Below the pieces are notes generated by a model. The model was not told the origin of the DNA and did not search any database. It was given only the letters and a program-made list of their open reading frames with translations. Shown piece by piece: positions 35,590 through 47,219 of a stretch of DNA of 47,219 bases. Origin of the DNA: Chiloscyllium plagiosum (lineage: Eukaryota); NCBI RefSeq assembly GCF_004010195.1, contig NC_057752.1, positions 10,551,830-10,599,048 on the forward strand, written 5' to 3'. The translations under genes were made by a program, and so were the position numbers. The stretch's first letter is position 1. Every line of letters begins with the position of its first letter.

Positions 35590-35820
35590 CTGGATGACAC
35601 AGTGGCTCATTGGTTAACACTGCTGCCTCACTGTGCCAGGACCCAGGTTCGAATCCAGCCTCGGACAACTGTTTATGTGCAGTTTTCACATTCTCCCTGT
35701 CTCTGGGTGCTCTGGTTTCCTGCCACAGTCCAAAGCTGTGCAGGTTAGGTGAATTGACCATGCTATGGTGTGTGTAGACTTGATGGGCTGAATGGCCTGC
35801 TTACATACTCTGGGGATTCA
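35590..35820 (+). mobile_element. tRNA-derived SINE (HE1-like), decayed
   Basis: gtggctcattggttaacactg...ggttcgaatcc. Confidence 0.75.
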
Positions 35821-35859
35821 ATGGCACGATGGGGACACAATGGGTTCAGAATTGGGGTG

Positions 35860-37185
35860 CTAGATGGCTGTGCCTGCAAATAAATCCCTGGAGCCTGATG
35901 GCCTGCACCCTAAGGTTTTAAAAGAGGTGGCACTAGCGATAGTGGATGCATTAGCTATGATTTTCCAAAATTCCCTGGATTCTGGTCTGGTGCCAGTGGA
36001 TTGGAAACATGCTCAAAAAAGAAGATCGGCAAAGAGGGATCTGAGTGCTTTTGTGCATGAATCACAGAAAGTGGGGGTGCAGGTGCTGCTTATAATAAGA
36101 AAGGCAAATGGTATCCTAGCATTTATTGCAAAATAACTGGATTATATAAGGCATTGGTGAGTCCACATCTGGAATATTGTGTCCAGGTTTGGTCTTCTTA
36201 CTTGAAGGAGGATGTGGTGGCACTGGGGGCAGCTCAGGGGAGGTTCACCAGGTTGATTCCAAGGATGAAAGGGCTGTTGTACAAGGAGCAGTTGAATTGC
36301 CTGGACTTCTACTCGCTGGAGTTCAGAAAAATGAGGTGGGATCTGATGGAGGTATAGAAAATGCTAAAGGGGATTGATAAGATGGACATTGAACAGATGT
36401 CTCGAATAAGACATCATAGATATAGACTGAGTGGAGGTAGGTTCAGAACTGAGATATGGAGAAACTATTTCTCTCAGAGGGTTGTGTATCTGTGGAGCTC
36501 ACTACCCCAAAGTGGGACAGAATCAAACTACAAATTCAAAAAAGAAACAGATATAATGAAAAGCAGGACAAAGGGCTATGGGGAGCAGGCAGGAGAGTAG
36601 AGTTGAGACCAGGATAAAATCAGCCATGATCATGTGAAATGGCAGAGTAGGCTTGAAGGGCTGAATTACCTTCTCCTGCTCCTAATTCCTATGCTCCTAT
36701 GTGCAGCCTCAGATTAGCTGAAGCCTGAATCAGTCTATCCCTGGTAGCTAAGTGAGTCCTTGCCACATCAAGCTTGTCATCCTTTTTTTCCTCCCACTCC
36801 AAAGATGTAGCACAGTTACTACATTCCCCTTCTCCTACCAGCATATTGGAGAAACTAGGTCAGCTAGGACTATCTTCACTGGAGTTTAGAAGAATGAGAG
36901 GGATCTCATAGAAACCTATACAATTCGAACAAGATGAGACAGGGTAGATGCAGGAATAATGTTCTTGATGGCAAGGGAGTCCATGGGATAAACCATTTAA
37001 GACTGTGATGAGGAGAAATGTCTTCACCCAGACAGTGGTGAGCCTGTGGAATTCTCTGCCACAGAAAGTAATCAAGGCCAAAACATTGTATGATTTCAAG
37101 AAGAATTTGAATTGGCACTTGGGGCTAAAGGCATCAAAGGATGTGGGGAAAAGTAGGAACAGGCTATTTAGTTGGATGATCAACC
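35860..37185 (+). mobile_element. Two CR1 fragments (about 35860-36700 and 36855-37185)
   Basis: NKSLEPDGLHPKVLKEVA, PHLEYCVQVWS, RRNVFTQTVVSLWNSLP. Confidence 0.8.
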
Positions 37186-37299
37186 AAGTGTTTGAATTAA
37201 ATATAGAGGTTTCTGCTGGTGTACTGACAAACCAGAAATTTTAACCTGCATCCTGTGCAGAAACCCATCTGACCTGGCAGATTAAAATTCAGCACTTTG

Positions 37300-37700
37300 T
37301 CCGTTATTCCCTTTGCATTTCTCTCTGTCTCTGACTTTCTCATATATTTCTCTCTGCTTGTCTTTCTGTTCTATCTTTTTCTCTTTTTCACCTTGTGGTT
37401 TTCTCTGTCCTCTGTCTCTTCTGGCACATTGTTCCTCTCAGACTCTCATGGTCTTTTTATATTTATCTCCTATCTTTGTTCTGTCATTCTGTCTTGTTTT
37501 ATCTGTATGTGTCTCTGTCTCGCTTCTCTCTCTCTTTCTGGATCATTAGATCTTTCTATCTCTGGCTCTGCTTGTCTGAATCTCCTTCTCTCCTTATTTC
37601 ATCTCCTTATGGCTCTTTCTCTGAAACCCTCTCTCTCATTCTCCCTTTTGGCTCTGTTGATGCCATCCCGTTCCCTCGCTCTTTGATTTCCTTTGTGCTC
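37300..37700 (+). repeat. Pyrimidine-rich (CT/TCTG) low-complexity tract
   Basis: Direct reading. Confidence 0.8.
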
Positions 37701-39790
37701 CCCATCACTGCTCCTTATTGTTATTTCTCAAATGCCTCGCTGACCTGGGTGTTCTTCCCATCCAGTCATTTCATACTCCAGATGTTACCACTTTACCAGC
37801 AAGCTACATCTGCTGTTCATTTCTTTTGTGAAGAAGACAATGTGTCAAGCTAACCCCAGCCTGAGGGCAATCCTGAATTTACAACTGTCTTCACTGCAAG
37901 GAAATTGTACGAGACAAAATGGTCAGAGCAAATATCCCAGAAGAAAAGACCAGTAAGACTCATGAATGACACATACTGGTCTGACTGGTCATATTGGAAC
38001 TCCATTTGACCAATCTGTTCATTTCAAAGTTATTGCTGGCTTTTCACTGGGTATTCCATCTGTGATACCAGCATTCCATGATGCATCAGTTTAAGCGTTT
38101 TGTCAGGGAATATCCAAAGTTGCAGAAACACTGTCAGTCTGCCTGACTGTTCCCTTTCTCATGTTACACCTCCCATCCCCGTAGCGTCATTCTCCTTCTT
38201 CTCTGACATTCTCTCCTTTGCTCCCTCTCTCTTTTTCACAATTTGCCACGAGAATCCCCAGTTTGTCTCCCCTCCCATTTTCTTATTACTTTCTTACCAC
38301 CTTTTGTCTGGCTTGCCCCCTCCTCTGTGTCTCCCTGCTTCTTGCAAATTTATTACAATCTCACGTTTCGTGTCCTCTTAGCTTTCTCTTGCCTCCCCAC
38401 TCACTGCTGCACCTTTTTGTTCCCCAGGGTCTCGCTGTCTGCCTTCCTCCCTCACTCACTATCATTTTGATTCTAGAAGTGAAAAGCAAGAATAAATTCC
38501 AAAATTGGAACTGGTTGAAGATGGAAGTTATAATTCGGCAACACATAAAGGAGTGAAGGCTGAGAATGATTAGTCTGGGCTGTCAGTTCCTTCCCCATTT
38601 GACTTACACTGCAGCTGCTGTGGTTGGTGTTTGTCCTCCCCTCCCCTCCTTCCTCCCTCACATTTTCTTTTGCTGTTTATTTTTTTAAGCTTCCTATTAC
38701 CTTCCCATGGCCCCTGCAGCTCCAAGGAGCGGATGAGATGCAATGTCAGGAATGTGGCGGTTTCTTGACTGACACCATCACACTGTTTAGCATTCCTCAC
38801 TTCTGCTCCACAACTGCTGTTCTGTTAGGATTCAGATAAATGACTCCAATTCTTTGAAAGAACGGAAGGCATTTGCATTTCTACAGCTTCTTTCATGAAC
38901 TCAAGCCATTCCTACATGCTTTGCAGCCAGTGAAACACTTTGTGAAAGTGAAGCCAATTTGTGGAAGTGTGGCCAATGTTGTAATATAGGTGCTGTGGCA
39001 GCCAATCTGCACAAGGCAAGGTCCCAACAACAGCAATAAGACAATCAAAAAGAAGAGTATGGGCTCTTTAAATGCAAGATGTAAAATACTCAAAAGTGAG
39101 TCACAGGCTGGAAACAAATAGATGGGTCAGTAGTTTGGGGTGCAGGTGGGATTTACATATAGAGTAAGAGATACCTGGAAGTGAACTACAGACTGGAATG
39201 TATTGAGGAGTGTGGGTGGAGTTGACATTTTGAGCAACACATACCCGAGTGTGAGTTACAGACTGGAATCTAATCAAGGGGTTCAGCGTGGTTTATAGAT
39301 AGAATAACTCGTACCCGGGAGTGAGTTATAGACTGGAATCTAATTGAGAGGCTCATGGGCTTATGAATAGAATTAAAAAAACGAAGAATATGTTACAGAT
39401 ATCCGAGAGTGAGTTACAGACTGGAATCTCATTGAGAGGTTTGAGTGGTTTACCTATAGAATAACAGATGCTTGAGAGTAAGTGAAAGACTGAAGTTTAA
39501 TTGAGGGGTTCGAGTGAGAACCGAGAGTGAGTGACAGACTGGAATCTGCTTGAGTGGTTTAGGGTGTATATACATAGAATGACAGATTCCCAGGAATGAG
39601 CTACAGACTGGAACCTAATCTAGGGGGTGCAGGGGACTTGTTCATAGAATAACAGATATCCAGGAGTGAGTTACAGCCTGGAATCTGATGGAGGAGAGTG
39701 TGTAGTGTATACATATAGAAAAACAGATACTGTACGTGGGAGTGTGTACGTGGGAGTGTGTTGCAGAGTGGAATCTAATCAAGGGGTTCA

Positions 39791-40443
39791 GCAACCGCAA
39801 GAAATGCAAAACTTGCGCTGCAACCGCAAGAAATGCAAAACTTGCGCCCACACCTCCCCCCTTACTTCCTCCACACCCCCCACCAACCCAACCTCCACTC
39901 CCGGCACCTTCCCCTGCAACCGCAAGAAATGCAAAACTTGCGCCCACACATCCCCTCTTACTTCCCTCCAANNNNNNNNNNNNNNNNNNNNNNNNNNNNN
40001 NNNNNNNNNNNNNNNNNNNNNNNNNNNNNNNNNNNNNNNNNNNNNNNNNNNNNNNNNNNNNNNNNNNNNNNNNNNNNNNNNNNNNNNNNNNNNNNNNNNN
40101 NNNNNNNNNNNNNNNNNNNNNNNNNNNNNNNNNATCCCTCGAACTCAGCACCGCCTTCCTAACCTGCAATCTTCTTCCTGACCTCTCCGCCCCCACCCCA
40201 CTCTGGCCTATCACCCTCACCTTGACCTCCCTCCACCTATCACATTTCCAAAGCCCCTCCCCCAAGTCCCTCCTCCCTACCTTTTATCTTAGCCTGCTGG
40301 ACACACTTTCCTCATTCCTGAAGAAGGGCTTATGCCCGAAACGTCGATTCTCCTCTTCCTTGGATGCTGCCTGACCTGCTGCGCTTTTCCAGCAACACAT
40401 TTTCAGCTCTGATCTCCAGCATCTGCAGCCCTCACTTTCTCCT
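39791..40443 (+). mobile_element. 5'-truncated Penelope-like element spanning an assembly gap
   Basis: PGTFPCNRKKCKTCAHTSPLTSLQ (Cys-rich linker before GIY-YIG); 3' part matches the 16.1-16.4 kb copy; hammerhead CTGAAGA at 40318-40324 and GAAA at 40338-40341. Confidence 0.85.
39972..40133. other. Assembly gap (162 N)
   Basis: Run of N. Confidence 1.
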
Positions 40444-41339
40444 TATGTATAGAATAACAGATACTCAAGAGTTAGTTACAGACTGGAGTCTAATGGGGGG
40501 GGGGGGGTTCATGGGTTTATAAGTAGAATAACTCTTAAGGGTGCATTACAAACAGAATAACAAATAAAAAAAGAGATTGAATTTAAACAAGGGGCTCAGG
40601 ATGATTCATAAATTGGATAACTTATACCAAGAATGATATATAACAAGAATGAGTTACAGTCTGAATCTAAATGAGGCTTCAGGGGATTTATATATACAAT
40701 AACATATTCCTGGGACTGAGTTACAGAATGGAATCTAATCAAGGAGTTTGGGTTGTTTAGTAATAGAACCATAGATACTCAAGTGTAAATTACATATTGG
40801 AATCTGATGGAGGGCTGCAAGTGGAATTTACATATACAATTACAGATATCTGAGAGTGAGTTACAGACTGGAATCTAATCAAGAGGTTCAATGAGGTTTA
40901 GATATAGAATAACAGATATTTGGGAGTGAGTCACAGACTGGAGTTTAATCATGGGATTCATCAGTTTACATATTGAATAACATATTCTCAAGAGTGAGTT
41001 ACACACTTGAATGTAATCAATGATTCAGAGTAGTTTATATATAGAGTGACAGATACTTAGGAGTGGGTTGTAGACTGAAATCTAATCAAAGGGTTTCAGG
41101 GGTTTTATACATAGAATAACAGATACCTCAGAGTGAGTTAAATCCTGGAATCTGATCAAGTGATTTGAAGTGTTTTATATATAGAATAACAGATACCTGG
41201 GAGCCACTTACAGACTGGAATCTAATCAAAGGATCCAGGCATGTTTATGTAGAGAATGACACATACACTGGAGTGAGTTACAGATTTGATTCCAATTGAG
41301 GGGTTCCTTGGGGTTTATGCAGAGAATAACAGGTACTGA

Positions 41340-42665
41340 GGGATAGGATCTATTTATATTTAGAAAAGAATGGGCTTATCACTGATAGGCAACATGGTTT
41401 TGTGTGGGGGAGATCATGCCTTACCAACTTAATAGAGTTCTTTGAGGAAGTGACCAAGTCGATAGATGAACGAAGGGCTGTAGATGTCATATACATGGAC
41501 TTTAATAAGATGTTTGATAAGGTTCCCCATGGTAAACTAATAGAGAAAGTGAAGTTACATGGTGTGCAGGGTGTTCTAGCTAGGCGGATAAAGAACTGGT
41601 TGAGCAACAGGAGACAGAGAGTAGTAGTTGAAGGGAGTTTCTCAAAATGGAGAAAGGTGACCAATGGTGTCAGTGCTGGGGCCACTGTTGTTTGTGATAA
41701 ATATAAATGATCTGGAAGAGGGCACTGTTGGTATGATCAGCAAGCTTGCAGATGACACGAAGATTGGTAGAGTAGCCGAAAGCATAAGGGACAGTCTAAG
41801 AATACAGGAGAATGTAGATAGACTGGAGAGTTGGGTGGAAAATTGGCCGATGGAGTTCAATTCAGACAAATGTGAAGTGATGCATTTAGGCAAGTCAAAT
41901 TCTAGAGCGAATTATACAACGAATGGAAGTGCCTTGGGAAAAGTTAATGAGCAGAGAGATCTGGAGTGTGGGTCCATTGTACCCTGAAGGTTGCTGCACA
42001 GGTGGATAGAGTGGTCAAGAAGACATATAGTATGCTTGCCTTCATTGGACGGGGTATTGAGTATCAGAGCTGGCAAGTCATGTTAACACTGTACAAGACA
42101 TTGGTTTGGCTGCATTTAGAATACTGTGTACAGTTCTGGTCGCCACATTACCAAAAGGATGTGGATGCTTTGGAGAGGGTGCAGAGAAGGTTTACAAGGA
42201 TGTTGCCTGGTATGGAAGGTGCTAGCTATGAAGAGAGGTTGAGTAGGTTAGGTTTGTTTTCATTAGAAAAAAGGAGATTGAGGGGGGACCTGATTGAGGT
42301 TTACAAAATCATGAAGGGTATAGACAGGTAGCTAGTGATAAGCTTTTTCCCAGGATGAAGGATTCAATAATGAGAGGTCACGCTTTCAAGGTGAGAGGTG
42401 AAAAATTTAAGGGGGATACACGCGGCAAGTACTTTACACACAGGGTGGTGGGCGTTTGGAACGCGTTGCCAGCAGAGGTGGTAGAGGCAGGCATGGTAGA
42501 TTCATTTAAGATGCGTCTGGACAGATGCATGAGTAGGTGGGGAACAGAGGGATACAGATGCTTAGGAAGTGGGTGACAGGTTTAGACAGTAGATTTGGAT
42601 CGGCTCAGGCTTGGTGGGCCGAAGGGCCAGTTCCTGGGCTGTAAATATTCTTTGTTCTTTGTTCT
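41340..42665 (+). mobile_element. Relatively young 5'-truncated CR1 LINE (RT to 3' end), frameshifted
   Basis: QHGF..GRSCLTNLIEFFEEVT, VDVIYMDFNK.FDKVPHG, SVLGPLLF, LADDTK, HLEYCVQFWSPHY; (ttctttg)n tail. Confidence 0.95.
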
Positions 42666-44661
42666 CTTTATATCCAAGAGTGAGTTACATACTGGATTCT
42701 AATCAAGGGATTCATGGCATTTATATATAGAATAACAGATACCCAGGAGTGAGTTACGGGCTGAATTCTGATCAAGGGTTTCAGGGGAGTTTACATATAG
42801 AATAACGACTTTTCTGGTACAGTGGTAATGTCTCTGCATCTGAACTAGAAGACCCAGGTTCAAGACCTACCTGTTCTCGGGGCATATCATAACATCTCTG
42901 AACAGGTTGATTAAAAATACTTGGGAATAAGTCACAAGCTAGCATCTGTTTGTGGGTTTCAGGGAGATTTATATATTGAATAACAGATACCCAGGAGTGA
43001 GTTACAGACTGGAATCTATTGGAGGGGTTCGGGATGGTTTATATATAGGATGACAGATATCCGGGAGTGAGTTACAGATTGGAATCTAATCAAGGTTTCA
43101 GAGTACTTTATTTGTAGAATAACAAATACTCTGCAGTGAGTTATAGTCTGGAATCTAATCAAGGGATTTCAGAAGGCTTATACACAGAAAAACAGATGCC
43201 CAAGAGTGAACTACAGACTGGAATCTAATCAAAGAGTTTGGGGATTTTATGTAGAGAATAACAGATACTTGGCAGTGAGTTATAGACTGGTATCTAATCG
43301 AGGAGTTCAGGTGCTTTATATATAGAACAGTAGGCACCTCAAAGTAAATTACAGATTGGAATCTGATTGGGGTGTTTGCGGGGCTTCATAAATAGAATAA
43401 CAGATTGCCAGTTGTGTGTTATAGACTGGAATCTAATTAAGGCATTTTACCAGGTATATATATGGAAATACAGATACCTAGGAGCGAGTTGCTGACTAGA
43501 TTCTCATCAAAGGTTCAGAAGTCATTATAACTGGAATAACAGATACCCAAGATTGAGTTGCAGACTGGAATCTAATTGAGAGTTTCAGTGGTGGGTAGTT
43601 TATACAAAATAACAGACTTCAAGAAGTAAGTTACAGACTGGAATGCAATCAAGGGGTTCAGTGTGGTTTATATATAGAATATCAGATACCCAGGAGTGAG
43701 TCATAGACTTGAGTCTAATCAAAGTGTTTGGGTGGTTTATATATTGAATAGCATATGCCCAGGAGTGAGTTATAGACTGGAATCTAATTGAGCGGTACGG
43801 GTGTTTTATATATATAGAGTAACAGGTATCCAGAAATGAGTTACAGACTGAAATCTCATCAAGGGGCTCAGGGTGGTTAATAAATAGAATAACACATACC
43901 CGGGAGTGAGTTACAGACTTGACTCTAACTGAGGGGTTTGGGTGGTTTATATATAGAATAATAGATTTCAGGGAGTGGGTTACAGACTGGAATCTAATCG
44001 AGGGATTCAGGAGGTTTATATATAGAATAACAAGCACCTGGGAATGAATTACAGATAGGCATCGAATAAGGAGGTTTATGTGATTTATGAATTGAATAAC
44101 TGATATGGAGAGTGAATTACGGACTGGAATCTAATTGAGGGGTTGGAGTGGTTTGTATGTAGAATAACAGACGCCTGGTAGTGAGTGGCAGGTTGAAATC
44201 CAATCGAGGGGTTCAGGTGATTTATATATATTGTAACAGATACATGGACGTGAGTTACAGGCTAAAATCCAATCAAGGGGTTAGTGGGCCTTTACACATA
44301 AAATAACAGACACTCAGGAGTGAGTTACGGACTGGAATCTAATTGAGGGGTTCATGGGTTTTATATGGAGAATAGCAGATGTGTGGAAGCGAGTCAGAGG
44401 CTGGTATACAATCAAGGGGTTTCACAAGGTTTATATAGAGAATATCAGATACTTCATAGTGAGTGTCAAGCTGGAATCTAATCGAGGGGTTTGGGGTGTT
44501 TTCTATTTAGAATAGCAGCTTCCTGAGAGTAAGTTACAGATTGGAATCTAATCGAGGGGTTCAGGGTGGTTTGTATATAGAATAACAGAATACCGGGAGT
44601 GAGTTACAGACTGGAATCTAATTGAGGTGTTCATGGTGGTTTATATATGGACTAATAGACA

Positions 44662-44935
44662 GATTCCAGCTTTGGGTGACTGTCTGCGTGGAGTTTGCAC
44701 ATTCTCCCTGTCTCTGCATGGATTTTCTCTGGGTGCTTCAGTTTCCTCCCAAATTCCAAAGATGTACAGCTTAGGCGGCTTGGCCATGGGAAGTTGCTCT
44801 GTAGTGTCCAGAGATGTGCGGGCTTGGTGGATTAGCCATGGTAAATACAGGATCTGGGTGGGTTCCTCTTCGGTGGATCAGTGCAGATTCAATGTGCTGA
44901 ATGGCCTCTTTCTGCACTGTAGGGATTCTATGAGT
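44662..44935 (+). mobile_element. 5'-truncated HE1-like SINE
   Basis: SINE core gactgtctgcgtggagtttgcacattctcc and CR1-like tail. Confidence 0.7.
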
Positions 44936-45224
44936 CTAGGTGGTTAACATACATTTTGCCACTGTTGAGAATATAAATATTCACTGTTGGCTGAAGTGGA
45001 TTGGGATGGCGACTTGTAGGAAAACCCACACCAGAGCAGTGGGAGACAGTCTAAAGGATAATAGTGAGAGTTTCCATAAAGGTGAAAGGTGGAACCAACA
45101 AATCCACAGAACCCTGGATGTCATGGGATGTTTTGGATCAGATAGTAAAGAAAAGGAAGCTTATGTTAGACACCGAATACTCAAAACTATGAATGCCCTG
45201 GAGGCATATAGAAAGTTCAGCAGA

Positions 45225-45800
45225 GTCATACAGCATGGAAACAGACCCTTTGGTCCAACCAGTCCATGCCAATTATCATCCCAAACTAAACTATCCCACC
45301 TGCCTGAGCCTGGCCCATATCCCTCTAAACATTTCTTATTCATTTACTTATCCAAATGTCTTTTAAATGTTGTAACTATACCCTCAACCATCACTTCCTC
45401 TGGAAAGTTCATTCCACACACGAACCACTCTCAGTGTAAAATAATTGTCCCTCATGTCTTTTTTAAATCTTTCCCCTCTCACCTGAAAAATATGACCCCT
45501 AGTCTTGAAATCCCCCACCTGAGGGAAAAGACATCAGCCATACCCTTCATAATTTGATAAATCTCTATAAGGTCACCCCTGAAAAAGTCCCAGCCTATCT
45601 AGCCTCTCCTTATAACTCAAACCCACCATTCCCAGCAACATCTTGGTAAATCTCTTTTGAACCCCCTCCAGTTTAATATAACAGGGTGACTACAACTGGA
45701 CACAGTACTCCAGAAGAGGCTCATCAACAAACTGTACAACCTCAACGTGATGTCTCAACTCCTATGCTCAAAGGTGTGAGCAATGAAGGCAAGTTTGCTT
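45225..45800 (-). mobile_element. CR1 LINE 3' fragment
   Basis: CR1 tail and PHLEYCVQ-type remnant on the minus strand. Confidence 0.8.
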
Positions 45801-46760
45801 CAAAAAGGAGTTAGGAGGCCGAAGGAGGAACTTGAGAAAACATTGACTGGTAACTTAAAGAAAATCCAAAAAATGGTTTAAAATTATATTAACAACAATG
45901 GAATAACCAGGAAAAGAATACTTGGGACCAAAGTGGCAATCTGTGTGGAGCTGAAAGATTTAGCTAAGGTTTTAAATGAGGTACTTTGCATCTGTATTCT
46001 CAGTAAAGAAGGATGATATAGGTCTAGAAACCAGGGAGGGTCACAGGAAGGGTGCCAGAGGACTGGAGGATGGCTAATATAGTAGCATTCTTCAAGAAGG
46101 GCTTTAGAGATAAACCATGAAACTACAGGCCAGTGAGTCTAACATGAGTGGGAGGGAAACCATTGAAAACAGAGGATGATGGTCTAGGGTGTTTTTGTGA
46201 CTGGAAGACTATGTTCAGTGGCACATCACAGGGTTTGGTGTTGGGTCCGTTGCTGTTTGTTGTGTTCATTAATGATCTAGACATGAATGTGTGATCAGTA
46301 AGTTCACAGATGACATGAAAACTGGTGTAAGCTAAATTATGAGGTGGGGAAAGCCTTAAACTACAGGACGTTATAGATGGACTGGTCTGGTGGACTGAAC
46401 AGGGGCTAATTAAATTTAATCCTGAAAAATGTGGGTGATGCATTTTGGGAGGACTGACAAAAAGTACCAACAAAAATAGCAGGATGCTAGGAAGTACAGA
46501 GGATCAGCGGGATCTTAGTGTGCATGTCCATAGATCCTTGAAGGCAGCAAAGCAGGGACACAAGGTGGTGAAGAAGGCACATGGGATTAGTCATTGACTA
46601 CAAGCACATGGAGGTTGTGATGGAGCTGAATGAAACATTAGTTAGGCCACTACTGGAGGACTGTGTAGGTTCTAGTCACTGCACTATAGGAAGGGTATGA
46701 TTGCATTTGAGAAGTTGCAGAAGAGATTCCTCAGGATGCTGCCTGGGCTGGAGTGATTGG
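45800..46760 (+). mobile_element. Decayed CR1 ORF2 with deletions
   Basis: NYRPVSLT, QGLVLGPLLF and FTDD remnants. Confidence 0.75.
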
Positions 46761-46779
46761 GAGGTGGGTGAACTTAAGG

Positions 46780-47219
46780 CATGGATCGGTACCTGGGACT
46801 ACGATGTTGTGGCCATCACTTAAACGTGGATAGAAGAGGGACAGAAATGGTTGTTTGAGGTTCCTGGTTACAGATGTTTCAGTAAGATTAGGGAGGGTGG
46901 TAAAAAAGGAAGATGTTTCAGTAAGATTAGGGAGGGTGGTAAAAAAGGAGGGGGGTGGCGTTGCGAATTAGAAATGGTATAACGGCTGCAGAAAGGCAGT
47001 TCGAGGGGGATCTGCCTTTGGAGGTAGTATGGGCTGAAGTCAGAAATAGGAAAGGTGCAGTCACCTTGTTGGGTGTTTACTATAGGCCCCCTAATGGCAG
47101 CAGAGATGTGGAGAAACAGATTGGGAAACAGATTTTGGAAAGGTGCAGAAGCCACAGGTAGTAGTCATGGGCGATTTCAACTTCCCAAATATTGATTGGA
47201 AGCTCTTTAGAGCAAGTAG
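46780..47219 (+). mobile_element. CR1 AP-endonuclease region running off the window; internal 39-bp tandem duplication (46872-46949)
   Basis: EVVWAEVRNRKG..TLLGVYYRPPN and VVMGDFNFPNIDW. Confidence 0.9.

Larger units (their letters stand above)
39150..44650. repeat. Degenerate ~70-bp satellite array with nested PLE, CR1 and SINE
   Basis: Consensus about gggagtgagttacagactggaatctaatcgaggggttcggggtggtttatatatagaataacagataccc; units start at 42994 and 43064. Confidence 0.95.

Noticed and set aside
37297..38556. Hydrophobic Leu/Ser/Phe-rich ORFs as membrane proteins
   Set aside because: They are by-products of pyrimidine-rich low-complexity DNA.
39642..40374. Long ORFs spanning X runs
   Set aside because: They are open only because of the N gap.
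39150..44650. CRISPR-like array (also considered for the 33-bp and 38-bp repeats)
   Set aside because: Units are degenerate head-to-tail repeats with homologous rather than unique spacers, there are no cas genes, and the context is vertebrate.

Overview
Repeat-dominated vertebrate DNA; the repeat repertoire (CR1/RTE/Tx1/Rex1 LINEs, HE1-type tRNA SINEs, Penelope-like elements, 33-, 38- and 70-bp tandem repeats) suggests a shark, which is an inference. No intact protein-coding gene is visible and most listed ORFs are repeat fragments or chance frames. Host-gene content is two minus-strand exons of an ACAP/centaurin-beta ArfGAP gene (PH C-terminus 2957-3072, ArfGAP zinc finger 321-520) with lesions suggesting an intron-containing pseudogene. 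The most interesting signal comes from Penelope-like element (PLE) termini. They carry minimal hammerhead-ribozyme motifs and insert as short fold-back palindromes with 9-17 bp target-site duplications (TSDs). At 26328-29126, two inverted PLE arms enclose about 2.5 kb of unrelated genomic DNA within a single TSD pair. A PLE arm also sits at the junction of a 1.13-kb tandem duplication. Other content: decayed Harbinger elements sharing a near-identical 1.2-kb inverted tract 20 kb apart, two old hAT transposase relics, a probable solo LTR and a 162-N gap. Family calls come from by-eye motif recognition, not database searches.
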